A stretch of DNA of 64,000 nucleotides from NCBI RefSeq assembly GCF_011745625.1, contig NW_027191456.1:1-64000 (forward strand). Direction: 5' to 3'. The position numbers and the translations under genes are program-made. The notes beneath the pieces are model-generated. The model did no database searches and had not been told where the DNA came from. It saw nothing but the letters and a program-made list of their open reading frames with translations. Below, one piece after another: positions 46,941-57,732 of the stretch; position 1 is the first letter of the stretch; each line of letters opens with the position of its first letter. The DNA comes from Cladosporium halotolerans. Its lineage: Eukaryota.

Positions 46941-48107
46941 TCATACAAGTAACGCATCACTCACTTCCTTAGCAGGACCCAGTCGTCCGTAGCCCCTCTC
47001 CCTAAAGTCTCGTAACCCACTTTCAAGTCCCTCAATCAGACTCCTCGCACGCCCAACAGCGTCTTCCGGAAAACTTACCCTCTCCGTCCTCCACTCAAGC
47101 CAGCTCTCAGCCCTCGCCCCCTCCGGCGCAGCAAGCAACCCGACCGCGACATCCAACAACTGCATCCTGTTCCTGTCCACGTGGTCATAAAACACCGTCG
47201 CCCCGCAGCGAGAGCAAAAGTGCCGCGTGACGCCCGGCCCGGAGTTGTAAGACTTCAATGTCCCAAAGTCCGTCGTGAAAGGGACTTTGCCCTCGGAGTC
47301 GAGCGTCATGTCGATCGCTGGGACGAAAGCCCACGCCGTGATGTCCATCCCTGAGACGAGGCGGCAGGTGTCGCAGGCGCAGAGTCCGGCGAGGAATTTG
47401 CCTTTTTTTGCGCGCAGCCACCAGGATTCCTGGGCTGCGTCCTCCAAGTCCTGCGCTTGGTCGTAGTTTGGGATAAGAGTCTCCGGCCATGATTTGTCTG
47501 TTGGGATGGGTTGCTGCGAGGGGCGCGTGATGTAGAAGCTCACGCCTTTGCATTTGCAGTGCGCTGGCAGTCGGTCAATCGCAGCTGGCGGTTCGGCAAG
47601 TTTGGGAGGGCGCCAGTAAAGTGGCAACTCGGATCCTTCGTCGAAATCGAGCGGCCAGCGTTTGAGCGCGCGGTCGTTGGTTGAATGCAGGAAGTCGGTG
47701 AAGCCGCCATCTCGAGTGTTGACGATGTACTCGTAGCCTTTGACATCGACGACCCCATCGAATTGCACGAGAGAGCCTGTCAAGGCATCCCAGTGCTCTG
47801 CGGTCTCAGGTGCATTGAATTTGCCGAGGCAATGGACAAGCATCTGAGCTCCGCATCGCTTGCAGAAGTACTGTGTGATGGTCTTGGAAAACTCGAACGC
47901 CGTGAGTTTGCCGAGAAGAGCAGGAGACGGCTTGTAGCTGGAGGGCAAGAATACACACGACAAATACATACCTCCCGTCATGTGTCGGCACGAGTCGCAG
48001 GTGCAGAACCACGCTGGCAGTGGAAAGGCATTGGATGATAGGGTGATCTCGTGCACAGCCTCGCCGCAATGGCAGGTTGCTTTCACAGTCCTAGATTCGC
48101 TGGCCAT
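46941..48107 (-). CDS. Tandem GFA/CENP-V (Mss4-like, DUF636) zinc-binding protein
   Basis: Two repeats of CxC...CxCxxCR...FCxxCG (CHCG/CTCDSCR/FCKRCG and CKCKG/CACDTCR/FCSRCG). Confidence 0.9.
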   Translation of the reverse strand: MASESRTVKATCHCGEAVHEITLSSNAFPLPAWFCTCDSCRHMTGGMYLSCVFLPSSYKPSPALLGKLTAFEFSKTITQYFCKRCGAQMLVHCLGKFNAPETAEHWDALTGSLVQFDGVVDVKGYEYIVNTRDGGFTDFLHSTNDRALKRWPLDFDEGSELPLYWRPPKLAEPPAAIDRLPAHCKCKGVSFYITRPSQQPIPTDKSWPETLIPNYDQAQDLEDAAQESWWLRAKKGKFLAGLCACDTCRLVSGMDITAWAFVPAIDMTLDSEGKVPFTTDFGTLKSYNSGPGVTRHFCSRCGATVFYDHVDRNRMQLLDVAVGLLAAPEGARAESWLEWRTERVSFPEDAVGRARSLIEGLESGLRDFRERGYGRLGPAKEVSDALLV

Positions 48108-48843
48108 GATTCTATCTAGATCTTTCGAGATGCAGCATCAAACCTGGCGCACACCAACTATTTGAAGTCCAGCATCGCGGAGATCGAGACCAGGTGAGGT
48201 TGAGATCAGCGTTAGGCTGCCTGCATGTGTGCAACCTCAGATTGAGACCCCGCCCTACGACAAACGCCACCTACCGAACAATAGGTTTCAAGGCGACAAG
48301 CTTTGTAAGCAATGTGCCCAAAGAAGGGCGTAAAATAATCCAGAGCGGAGTATTAAGCCCGCAGAAGTGGGATTCTGCAGGTTCTAGTTCGTTAATCAAC
48401 TTGGCGTTTGAAGGCGTGTTGTTTTGGGCGAAGTCAGTGCCGCATCCAACGACATCAAAATCACCGTGAGAGACGAGATATAGTAGTAAGCATTGTTCAG
48501 GCTATTGGTATTCATCTTTGCGGGGCTTTTGCTACGAATGAGGACTGACAATTCTCTTCCCTTCTGAGAACCGAGCATCCTTGGACAGGACCCTCGCGTG
48601 CAGACGTGTTACACGTCAAGAGAGCATCATGCACGCTCACGCGCAAGAGCATCATGGACGACATGCCATGACCCGGAGTTAGAATCCGATGATGATCGAT
48701 CACGTCGCATCCAATTTATGACCTCTCGCCTTCTAGCTGTAGTCTTCGTAAACCTGTAAAACACAACTCCCAAAATCAGTTTTGAGTCGACCAAATAATT
48801 CCCATCACGGAACAATAAACTCTTTTACAAGCATCCAACAACA

Positions 48844-49289
48844 ATGCCTTACCAACTCCTCCGCACCACCCAGCTCGCCAGCCGTCGCGCAGCTCTTACC
48901 ATTCGCACCCCAGCTATTCAGCCCCTCAGTAACACTCCCCCATTACCTCCATCCACTCAAAGACCCATCAACTGACCCCGATCGCAGTCCAAACCCGCCT
49001 CGCCTCCAAATCAACCACCAACCCGACCAACACGCAGCCCTCATCTTCCACGAACGAAGACGCCGCGACAATCAACAGTAGCCGAGCAACAGACTCCCGC
49101 TCCGGCAGCCCCGACACCGCGTCCGTCCAAAACCCTGTCAGCAACCCGAGCCAGGGTGGCGCGGCACAGTCTGAGGAGCCGCAAGGCAGCCAGGAGAACA
49201 TGCGACGGGACCCGCGAGAACCGGACGATGTGAAGAGGGCACATGTAGAGAAGGAGGGGCAGAAGCCTTTGGACCCGGCTGATAAGTAG
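48844..49289 (+). CDS. Small hydrophilic protein with mitochondrial presequence-like N-terminus, 2 exons, not in the ORF track
   Basis: ATG 48844, intron 48929-48987 (gtaaca...actgac...cgcag): MPYQLLRTTQLASRRAALTIRTPAIQPLIQTRLASK...ENMRRDPREPDDVKRAHVEKEGQKPLDPADK, TAG 49287-49289. Confidence 0.7.
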
Positions 49290-49369
49290 ATACAGAGGAT
49301 GATGGGTACGCAGATGCCATGTGAACTGTACAGTAGACGCCAACCGAACGATGGAAATGCAACAATGCT

Positions 49370-50818
49370 CTACCGCACCTTCTCAAGCAAGTCTTCCACG
49401 CTGTGCTGCTCGATCGAATCGATGAGCTTGATGATCTCCGCCGCCTTGCCCTTCCCGTAGACAGGTGCAGCCAGCGACATGAACTTCTCATCCACCTTGT
49501 CACGCGTGAACGGGTGCTGCTCCTCCCCCAGCGGGAAAGCCTGCTCGAGGTTTTCTTTCTTGCCATTTGCCCAGGCGATGCTGAGCCTGGCGCCGAATTG
49601 CTCTACCGTGTCGTCTATCTGCACGGAGATCTTGTCGCAAAGCGCGTGAATAGCCTCGTCTCCGAGCTTGTGGTAAGCTTTCATGCCGGTTGCCGAGCCG
49701 TAGATGAGGGCATTCGCCACTTGATAGTACGCAGAGAACTGTGCATCGATGACATTTTCCGGGTGGATTTTGTTTGGTATCGGGTCGCCAACGAGGGAGA
49801 AGTTGGCGGAGCTTATGGTGAGGACGACATTGTCGATGTCGGAGGGTGAGACATTCCCGCTGATGTGTGAGAGGTGCAGGTTGCCTGCTATCTCGATGAG
49901 GGCGTGTGTCATGCGGCAAGCCGGATAAGGCTTCAGGCTCGATTTCAGCCATTCCCACTGTGTGCCCAAGTCCGCTGTCAATCGATAGAGATCCTTATCC
50001 TGGTTTGGACTATAAGCGTTCAGGAAGCCCATCTTGCCCTCGATGATCCGGGTGGCACCGATCACGCCAGCTTCTGCAAGGTTCACGCACATGAAGGCGT
50101 CGTGTACAGCGAATCCCGGGTGAAGGCGTTTATTCCAGGAGCCATTGTCTAGATATTGCATCGATCCGGCCGCTTTGCTACCAGCAAGTCCAAATGCCAT
50201 CTCAATAGTCTGAGCTGACAGACGCTTCAAGACGGCAATGGCAGCGATTGCGCCGAAAATGCCGGCGGTCGGAGTGTTGTGCATTCCGCGACTATATGCT
50301 TCGTAACCAAGTTCGCGACCAAGCCGACATGTCACTTCGTATCCGACTGCAATTGCGAGCATGAATTGATCGGTATTGGACGCTGTTCCTAGTACTTCAG
50401 CCTGAGTAAGTGCGGCCGATACAACGCTCACACCAGCATGCAGCGTTCCAGGAGCGTATGTGTCATCAAAGTCCATGGAGTGACCAAAGGCCGAGTTCAG
50501 TAATCCGGCATATTGAGGCAGCATGTGCGGTCTGCCCTTCGCAAGCACCGAACAGTTGCCGGTGTTCCCAGCACCTTGAAGAGCAACTACCGCCTTGTAG
50601 ATCGGTTCAGATGAATCTGCATTCTCTAAGGCCCCGACCACGACGCCGACGAAGTCGATCAAGACCTCTTTGACTTTATCCCGTAGTTCGGCAGTTAACT
50701 GCGATGGCCGGGAGTTTGCGGTGAAAGCTGCCAGCAACTTCGTGACGGCAGGCTGCGCCGAACTACCATTGGTGCCTCCATTTGTGTCGCCAACGGTGTG
50801 GCCATTGCTGAGGGCCAT
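49370..50818 (-). CDS. MmgE/PrpD family protein (2-methylcitrate dehydratase / cis-aconitate decarboxylase / IDS epimerase superfamily)
   Basis: HSMDFDDTYAPGTLHAG, GYEVTCR, GMHNT, KRLHPG, KPYPACRMTH, AQFS; likely start MALSNG at 50818. Confidence 0.92.
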   Translation of the reverse strand: MALSNGHTVGDTNGGTNGSSAQPAVTKLLAAFTANSRPSQLTAELRDKVKEVLIDFVGVVVGALENADSSEPIYKAVVALQGAGNTGNCSVLAKGRPHMLPQYAGLLNSAFGHSMDFDDTYAPGTLHAGVSVVSAALTQAEVLGTASNTDQFMLAIAVGYEVTCRLGRELGYEAYSRGMHNTPTAGIFGAIAAIAVLKRLSAQTIEMAFGLAGSKAAGSMQYLDNGSWNKRLHPGFAVHDAFMCVNLAEAGVIGATRIIEGKMGFLNAYSPNQDKDLYRLTADLGTQWEWLKSSLKPYPACRMTHALIEIAGNLHLSHISGNVSPSDIDNVVLTISSANFSLVGDPIPNKIHPENVIDAQFSAYYQVANALIYGSATGMKAYHKLGDEAIHALCDKISVQIDDTVEQFGARLSIAWANGKKENLEQAFPLGEEQHPFTRDKVDEKFMSLAAPVYGKGKAAEIIKLIDSIEQHSVEDLLEKVR

Positions 50819-51425
50819 CTTACCGTACTTATCCGTGTCCAACAGAGCGTCAAGATTCAGGCATGTAGGAACAAGCCTCCAAGAGAAGGATGGTGGTAGG
50901 AACAACGAGAGCTCTCTCGGCGGAGAGCGAGGGGAACTTGTGAGCTGTTATGTAGTCGGGGCATTGTGACCCGTTCAATGCCCCGAGGGCCATAGACGCG
51001 TTGTTTGCAATCATTATGGAGCTTCGCAGCCGCGGTAGTTGTGATCGGTCGGGAATAACACGGAATCACGAGCTCTGCAGACTGCGTGGAGCCTGGGGAG
51101 GAGGGGAAGTCAGCACGCAGGCGCCACAATCAGGGTTAGGGTTAGGGCCGGATCACTCGACCGAGCAGCGGCTCGAAGGCCGCCAAGCCCGCTGACGCCA
51201 CGAATGGAAGGCGCGCATGCCATCGCGACTTCCCTCGACAATTTTGTTGCGCCTGCTGCAGTCGCGTTGCGCCTTCCGCACGCACAAAACAACAACAGCG
51301 CAGCTCGAGCGCAAATTTCCACCGACACCACTTCCTGCATGGCTCACACTCGCTGACCTAACCCAACCCTTTCTCATCGACATCAACGTCAACACTGCGA
51401 CACTCATCCTCCTCTGCGCACCACA

Positions 51426-54400
51426 ATGGGTGACAGTTACCGTCCTGGTGGTGACGGCCGCGGCCGCTACCAAGGCAGCGCTTTCGACCGACTGCCTGAA
51501 CGCAGCTACCGTCCTCGCGATCACGACTCGTACCCGCCATCTTCGCGTTACAACGATGCGCGGCAGCCGCCGCCATCGCCCCACCATGATGCTTCTTCCA
51601 ATCCACGCCGCGGCGACTTCACGTTCAGAGGAGCAGCCAGCGGGCAGAGTTACAGGCCCGAGCAAGACTTCACATTCAGAGCGCCTGGTCCGGAAGCGCC
51701 CAACGGCTTCGCACCCGACGGCCCTCGCCGAGACCGTGAGAGACCTAAGAGGTTCAACCGGGAAGGCAGAGCTCCTCGCCACGAGGCTCGCTCGAGAGGG
51801 CAAGGCGGCCAGTCACGCGGTCGCGGTGGGCACCGCGGATTTGGGCCGCGTCCAGCCCACGATCGCGACATTCTCAACAAAATGGCCAAGGTCCGCGACA
51901 CCACTCCGGAGCGTCTCCATGGCATGAAGGATGGAGGGTCGCGTTTCAAGAATCTTGACGAATTGAGCGAATCTGACTCCGAATCCGCTGATGCGCCCCG
52001 GAAGCGCACTAAAATCGAACCTTCCCCGTCTGCCCCCAAGTGGTCAAATCCCGATCCTTACACTGCCTTACCACCGCCGGATACGCTGGGTGGGCCCAAG
52101 AAGGATATTGTGCAGATCATTCGCAAGGCCAAAAACGAGCAAGCCGCGAAAGATGAGGGCCGCGACAAGCTAGCAGACAACTCGGACTTCATCGCCTTTA
52201 AGTTTGACGATGATGGCCAGAACGACGCTGCTGAAGACGAGAACGGTTCCGACGAGGACGGGGATACCAACATGGACGCGGTGCCGGCCAAATCTCCTGC
52301 GCAGACCGGAGAGCCCTCTTTCAGTCACCGCGATACTTTCCATCGTAAGACGTCGTCCAGCGCTCTGCCTGCCGCTGGCGGCCCACCTCCGTCCTCCTTC
52401 ACTCCGATCAATCAACGTACGTACGCACAAACCCCAGTACCCGGCAGCACGGAGTATGGCGGCCCACCTCCTCGCCCGCTTGGCGAGATGCAGCTTGCAG
52501 AGCCTCCGTCTCCGATCGTCCCCGAGCCCGTGTCTCGCGCACCCAAGCGCAAGTCACGCGATACCTATCAATTTGGCGATGTCGTGGAAGAATGGCAAGT
52601 TGTCAATGGTCAGCCCACTACACCTTGGTGTCAAAATGAATACTCCGCGAACACCGAAATCGGTTGGAGGTAAGTCTGTGTGGTGTAACAGTTATTCTAT
52701 ACAGCGCTAACACCGTCTCCAGACTTCACAAGGAGATTTGCGACTTCTTTGAGTACGTCAAGCCTCGCCCATTCGAGGAAGTAGCACGCCGCGACCTTGT
52801 CTCCAGGGTCAAAGCAGCCATTTGCTCATTCAATGGAGGCGGGGGAAGCGCCAGGAACGCAGAAGTGCATTGCTTTGGCTCTTTCGCCTCCGGTCTCTAC
52901 CTGCCTACCGCAGACATGGATTTGGTAGTGCTTTCTCAGTCTTTCTTGACCGGCGGCCCGCGCGAGATAGGCCAAACTACGAACCAGCTGAGGATGATCA
53001 CCCAGCACATTGAAAAACTCGGGGTTGCAAAGCCAAAAACAGCTACCTTCATCGCGAAGTCGAAAGTTCCGATTGTCAAGTTCACAGACAAGCGCACAGG
53101 GATCAAAGTCGATATCTCTTTCGAAAACACTACTGGCTTCCCTGCAATCGAGACATTTGAGGCATGGAAGGCGCAATACCCCGCCATGCCGGTCCTCGTG
53201 GCTCTTGTCAAGCAACTGCTGGCCATGAGAGGTCTCAATGAGGTCTTCTCTGGCGGCATCGGTGGGTTCACGACCATTTGCATGACCACTCACATTTTGC
53301 AGACCGTACCCGAATTGCAGGCCGGATCCACGAGTGCTCAGCAGAATTATGGCGAGATTTTCATGAAGCTCTTGGACTTCTATGCCAATAAGATTGACAT
53401 CGGAAGCACCGGTATTCTCATGCATCCGCCGTACCATTACGACAAGGTCAAGAACCCAAACATCAGTCAGAACAAAGAACGCTTGACCGTCATCGACCCG
53501 AACAACAGACATAACGACATATCCGGTGGCTCGCGTAAGATTTACACCGTCCTTGATCGTTTCCGTAATGCTCACTCTGAGCTTCAACGCCACATGGCTC
53601 AACTCTTCGCCGGCAAGATCAGCAGTGCCAGTATTCTCGAATGCGTTATCGGCGGCAACTACCAAGCCGTCGAAACTCAGCGCGAGCTGCTGAAGTCTCT
53701 TTACGGCAAGACCGCCCCCTGGAACGTCCCTGCTCTTCCAGACATCCCGTCCGTACCCCCCGGCGTGAAGGACACGCCGCTGCCGCGCGCCAACAGGTCT
53801 AAGAGGCCGGCGAGGCGTGGACAACCAGCCACTGAACGCTCACAGCTCAACGAGCGCGCAGTTGCAAACACCGAGTACGTCGACCCCCACCCGGACGATT
53901 GCCTTCATTTTGAAGGTGATCAATACAATGGTATTTTGCCCCCGACCCCGGGAATGCCCCCACACCTCGCATGCTCTTTCGCAAAACATTACGCAGAGTT
54001 TGCGAGGTTATACGCTTTTTCACATCATGACCCCCGCGCGGCGGCTGTTACGGCGTACCGTTGCAAACTGCTCGCGGAGATCTGTCGCTTGGCATGGGAA
54101 GACAACAGCCAAAGGGTCTTGCCACACCTGTTTGGCCACGACCCTAGCCAGGCTTCAACAGCCTGGCGGTATTCACGCCCACAGGTTGAGCCACCCCCTG
54201 CGGGCTGGACCTGGCACCAATTGTTCCCTTCCGGCTCGGTGGTGCCGCCACCACCACCGAGCGAGACGCCTCCGCCGCCTCCCCCTCCCCCGCCACCACC
54301 CCAAACCCCCCCTCCGCCACCTCCTGACGCATAAAGAGAAAGGATACCGTTGCCGCCGGCCTCCATTGGGTCGGCTTCAGTGGGCCTTCCGGACAATGAT

Positions 54401-54592
54401 TACTAACGGCATCCCAGGGTGAAGCACTCGACAAAGCCAAAGGTAGCGAACGAGAGACAGCCGTTGGGGCCTACATCGACGGAAGCTAGCAAGACCAAAT
54501 TGAAAGGACCCAGTCGCAAACCGAGCGCCAATCAGGCCGGTGGTGGAATAAGCAAGAATCCACCTCGGAAGAGAAAAGGAAATGGAAGATGA
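51426..54592 (+). CDS. TRF4: Non-canonical poly(A) polymerase Trf4/Cid14 (TRAMP subunit); C-terminus ambiguous (54334 unspliced or 54592 spliced)
   Basis: RLHKEICDF, FGSFASGLYLPTADMDLV (GS..DxD), KVPIVKF, DISF, RGLNEVFSGGIGG, IDPNNRHNDISGGS; intron 52670-52722; RG-rich N-terminus. Confidence 0.9.
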
Positions 54593-54898
54593 AGGATGGG
54601 ACTCCGGATTACGACACCGGGGTGAGCACATCCACCGGCGTTTTGCAAGGTCTTCGCCCAGCATTGCATGAAATGATACCCCCTGTACGAGTAAGGACGA
54701 CTTTGCCTCTCTAGGCGTTTCGACAGATGAATCCGCGACGAAGAAGCGGCGCAAGGCCTCGTCGAATTGAAGGAATAATGAATGCTTGCTGCAGAAGGAA
54801 CTGGGGGATTGTACTTTTAGTCTCCTTGTAACTTTCCTTCTCGATCATGTTGTCATGACTTACAAGCGACGAACCCTCGCTGGCTGCTCTCCGTCGTT

Positions 54899-55022
54899 AC
54901 CTGCTAACCATCGCCGCCTACTAACCTCACTGCCTTACTAACGCTCACTGCCTTACTAACGCTCACTGCCTACTAACGTTCACTGCCTACTAACACTCAC
55001 TGTCCTACTAAAGATCACTGCC
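54899..55022 (+). repeat. Minisatellite, ~7 units of 17-18 bp each with a TACTAAC-type core
   Basis: Units cc(t)tactaac(g/c/a)ctcactg; TACTAAC at 54919, 54936, 54954, 54971, 54988, variants TGCTAAC 54902 and TACTAAA 55006. Confidence 0.9.
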
Positions 55023-55737
55023 GTTTCATTGACTCACCAACCGCGGGACTTGGGGCTTTTCCACTGATCAAGACGCCACACCCCCAAATGAACAACTAAC
55101 CGTGGGAATTGGGGGCTCTTCCGTCGATCGGGTGTTCGCACCTCCAGCGACAGGGTAACTCCTGTCTCTTTCAGCTTCGGCTTCATCGCTACATGTCGGT
55201 GTGGATTCCAGATTTAACAGTCTGGTCTCTTGTCACTTGCATACGCGCTCTGCTCGTTCGTTTCGGCTCGCGAGGGTCGGAGGGGATGGGCAGTCTTTTC
55301 TCATCGGTTCATTCGCTCGTGAGGGCGGGTGGTCGGAGAGGAGAGGCATCCTTGCATTACGCAAAGCTGGACGAGTCACATAAATTGGACGGAGTTTGCT
55401 GCGGGACTTGGTCCATGTGCTTGCGCGCGCTGACTCAACTCAATGAGGTGAAGGAAGCGGCCGTGGTATCTGGGATCGGAATGAGGATGTCACGTGATGG
55501 TATGGGCACCACATGCAAAGGGCTTTGTATTTGAACTGAGCCAATTGACAGCATCCCTCACGACGGGGTCAGCGAATCATCACGGTGCAGCGCTCAACTC
55601 GACTATCACGTGGGCTGCATCAGACACATCGCCATTTGGCTTCTACACGACCCACATACCCCACGCCCTATGGAGCATCAAACATCTTAAGCCGCTTGGC
55701 CATCTCCAACAATGAACCTCAAACACTACACATTGCC

Positions 55738-57492
55738 ATGGCAAGACACCAATCGCGCCATGGCAGATCCCTAGTCTACGGCCGCGCCTCCGGCTCTCTC
55801 CTCGCAAGCGACCTCGAATTAAGCTTCTGGGGCGGCATTGACCCTCAGACGGGCGAGATCATCGACCGTCACCATCCACTCAGCGGCAGACATGTCGAGG
55901 ATATTATCTTTGCAATACCATGTGGTCGTGGTTCGTGCTCGGGCAGCGGTGTCATCCTGGAACTCCTACTCAATGGCAAGGGACCGAAGGGACTGATCTT
56001 CTCCAGCTTGGAGACGATCCTCACTCTGGGTGTGATTGTTGCGAGGGAGCTTTTTGGGAAGTCGATACCGGTTGTGCAGCTGGTTGAGGAAGATTTTAGA
56101 GCGATGCTGGAAGCCGACTACGTCAATATTGATGGCGGTCGTGTGGTCTGGGGAGACCGTGGCCAAGTGACGGACACTGCCCCGGAGCAGCCTCCATCCC
56201 AACACGAAGAGCAATCATCATCCTCACAGCAAATCGAGCTCACAGACACCGACAAATCCCTCCTATCCGGCTCCCGGGGCGAAGCATCCGCCGCAGCAAT
56301 GCGTATTATCCTCGAAATGAGCCGCCTCCAAGGCGCGCGCAAACTCCTCTCCATCACCCAAGTCCACATCGATGGCTGCGTCTACACTGGTCCCGGCTCC
56401 CTCGCTTTCGCCGAGAAACTCCTCGCCCTCGGCGGTCGCGTCGTCGTACCAACAACTCTCAACTCAATCTCCGTCGACCAGAAACGGTGGCGCTCGCAAG
56501 GCGTCGAATCCGCTTTCGGCGCCGCAGCCGAGAGGCTCGCGACTGTCTACACGGATATGGGCGCGCGGCCTACGTTCACTTGCGCGCCGTATTTGCTGGA
56601 GAGTGCGCCGAGGAAAGGCGAGCAGGTCGCGTGGGCGGAGTCGAATGCTGTCGTATATGCTAACAGCGTGCTGGGTGCGAAAACGATGAAGTACCCGGAT
56701 TTTCTGGACATTGCCATCGCGCTTACGGGGCGGGCGCCGAATGGTGGTCTTCATATTGCAGAAAATAGGACGGCGTCGCTTTGTGTTGACGCGCGAAAAG
56801 CGCTGGAGCTGGATGTGGCTGAGGATCTCTTGTGGCCGGTCTTGGGCTATTGCATTGGAGGCTTCGCTGGTAATCGAATACCAGCAGTGCTTGGTCTTGA
56901 AGCCTTCTCTCCCTCAAAAGATGACCTCAAAGCCTTCGGAGCTGCGTTCGCAACCGTATCGAGCGCTCCTATGTTCCACATCGTAGGTGTGACGCCTGAA
57001 GCACGCTCACTCGAGGCGGCAACGGGAAGTTTCAGAGACGTAAAGCACGTCGAGCTCAGTACAAACGATCTATCCAATTGTTTCGAAGCCCTGAACACAG
57101 CCGCCAAAACCGACAAGGTAGACCTCATATCCCTAGGAAACCCTCACTTTTCCCTCCCCGAGCTAAGGAAGCTCGCAACGCTATGCCATGGCAAAATCAA
57201 GCACCCCTCGAAAGCGATAATCGTATGCTGCGGACGCTCGACGTACGGTCTGGCATCTCAAGCAGGGGTTGTCGAAGATCTAGAGGAGTTTGGTGTGCAA
57301 GTCATCGAGGATACTTGCTGGTGCATGATTGGCGATCCGGTCATTCCTAGGGACGCAAGAGTGATCATGACCAACTCGGCGAAGTACGCACATTATGGGC
57401 CGGGGCTCACGGGGAGGAGGATACGATTTGGAGGGTTGGAGGAGTGCGTTCAGGTTGCTTGCCAGGGAGTGAGTGATGCCAGTAGTGGATGA
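55738..57492 (+). CDS. Aconitase X (fused DUF126 swiveling domain + DUF521), cis-3-hydroxy-L-proline dehydratase-like type I AcnX
   Basis: LSFWGGIDPQTGEIIDRHHPLSG, GRGSCSGS, QVHIDGC, TTLNSISVD, TFTCAPY, WAESNAVVYANSVLGA, GNPHFS, DTCWCM, TNSAKYAHY. Confidence 0.92.
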   Translation: MARHQSRHGRSLVYGRASGSLLASDLELSFWGGIDPQTGEIIDRHHPLSGRHVEDIIFAIPCGRGSCSGSGVILELLLNGKGPKGLIFSSLETILTLGVIVARELFGKSIPVVQLVEEDFRAMLEADYVNIDGGRVVWGDRGQVTDTAPEQPPSQHEEQSSSSQQIELTDTDKSLLSGSRGEASAAAMRIILEMSRLQGARKLLSITQVHIDGCVYTGPGSLAFAEKLLALGGRVVVPTTLNSISVDQKRWRSQGVESAFGAAAERLATVYTDMGARPTFTCAPYLLESAPRKGEQVAWAESNAVVYANSVLGAKTMKYPDFLDIAIALTGRAPNGGLHIAENRTASLCVDARKALELDVAEDLLWPVLGYCIGGFAGNRIPAVLGLEAFSPSKDDLKAFGAAFATVSSAPMFHIVGVTPEARSLEAATGSFRDVKHVELSTNDLSNCFEALNTAAKTDKVDLISLGNPHFSLPELRKLATLCHGKIKHPSKAIIVCCGRSTYGLASQAGVVEDLEEFGVQVIEDTCWCMIGDPVIPRDARVIMTNSAKYAHYGPGLTGRRIRFGGLEECVQVACQGVSDASSG

Positions 57493-57732
57493 CGGGGGGT
57501 TGTGAATGCAGCCGTGTCTTTTGTTTTGGGCAGAAGACATGAAAAATGTGGGATTTACAAGGCAATAGCGAACACAAGATGATGATTGATCATCTTGACC
57601 TATTTCGACTACGGAAACGAGTCACTGAGCATTTTCATACACGAAATGGCGTTCGGATCTCACATGGAACTGCCAGAATTAATCCATGATCCTGCAGGAA
57701 AGAGGTATCTATTCGACCATCTCTACTCTCGA

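Noticed and set aside
40257..50818. Secondary-metabolite (indole alkaloid) cluster around TrpS/IDO
   Set aside because: No NRPS, PKS, DMATS, terpene cyclase or P450 backbone gene in the window.
54899..55022. CRISPR-like array
   Set aside because: Units are directly adjacent with no unique spacers, there are no cas genes, and the context is eukaryotic.
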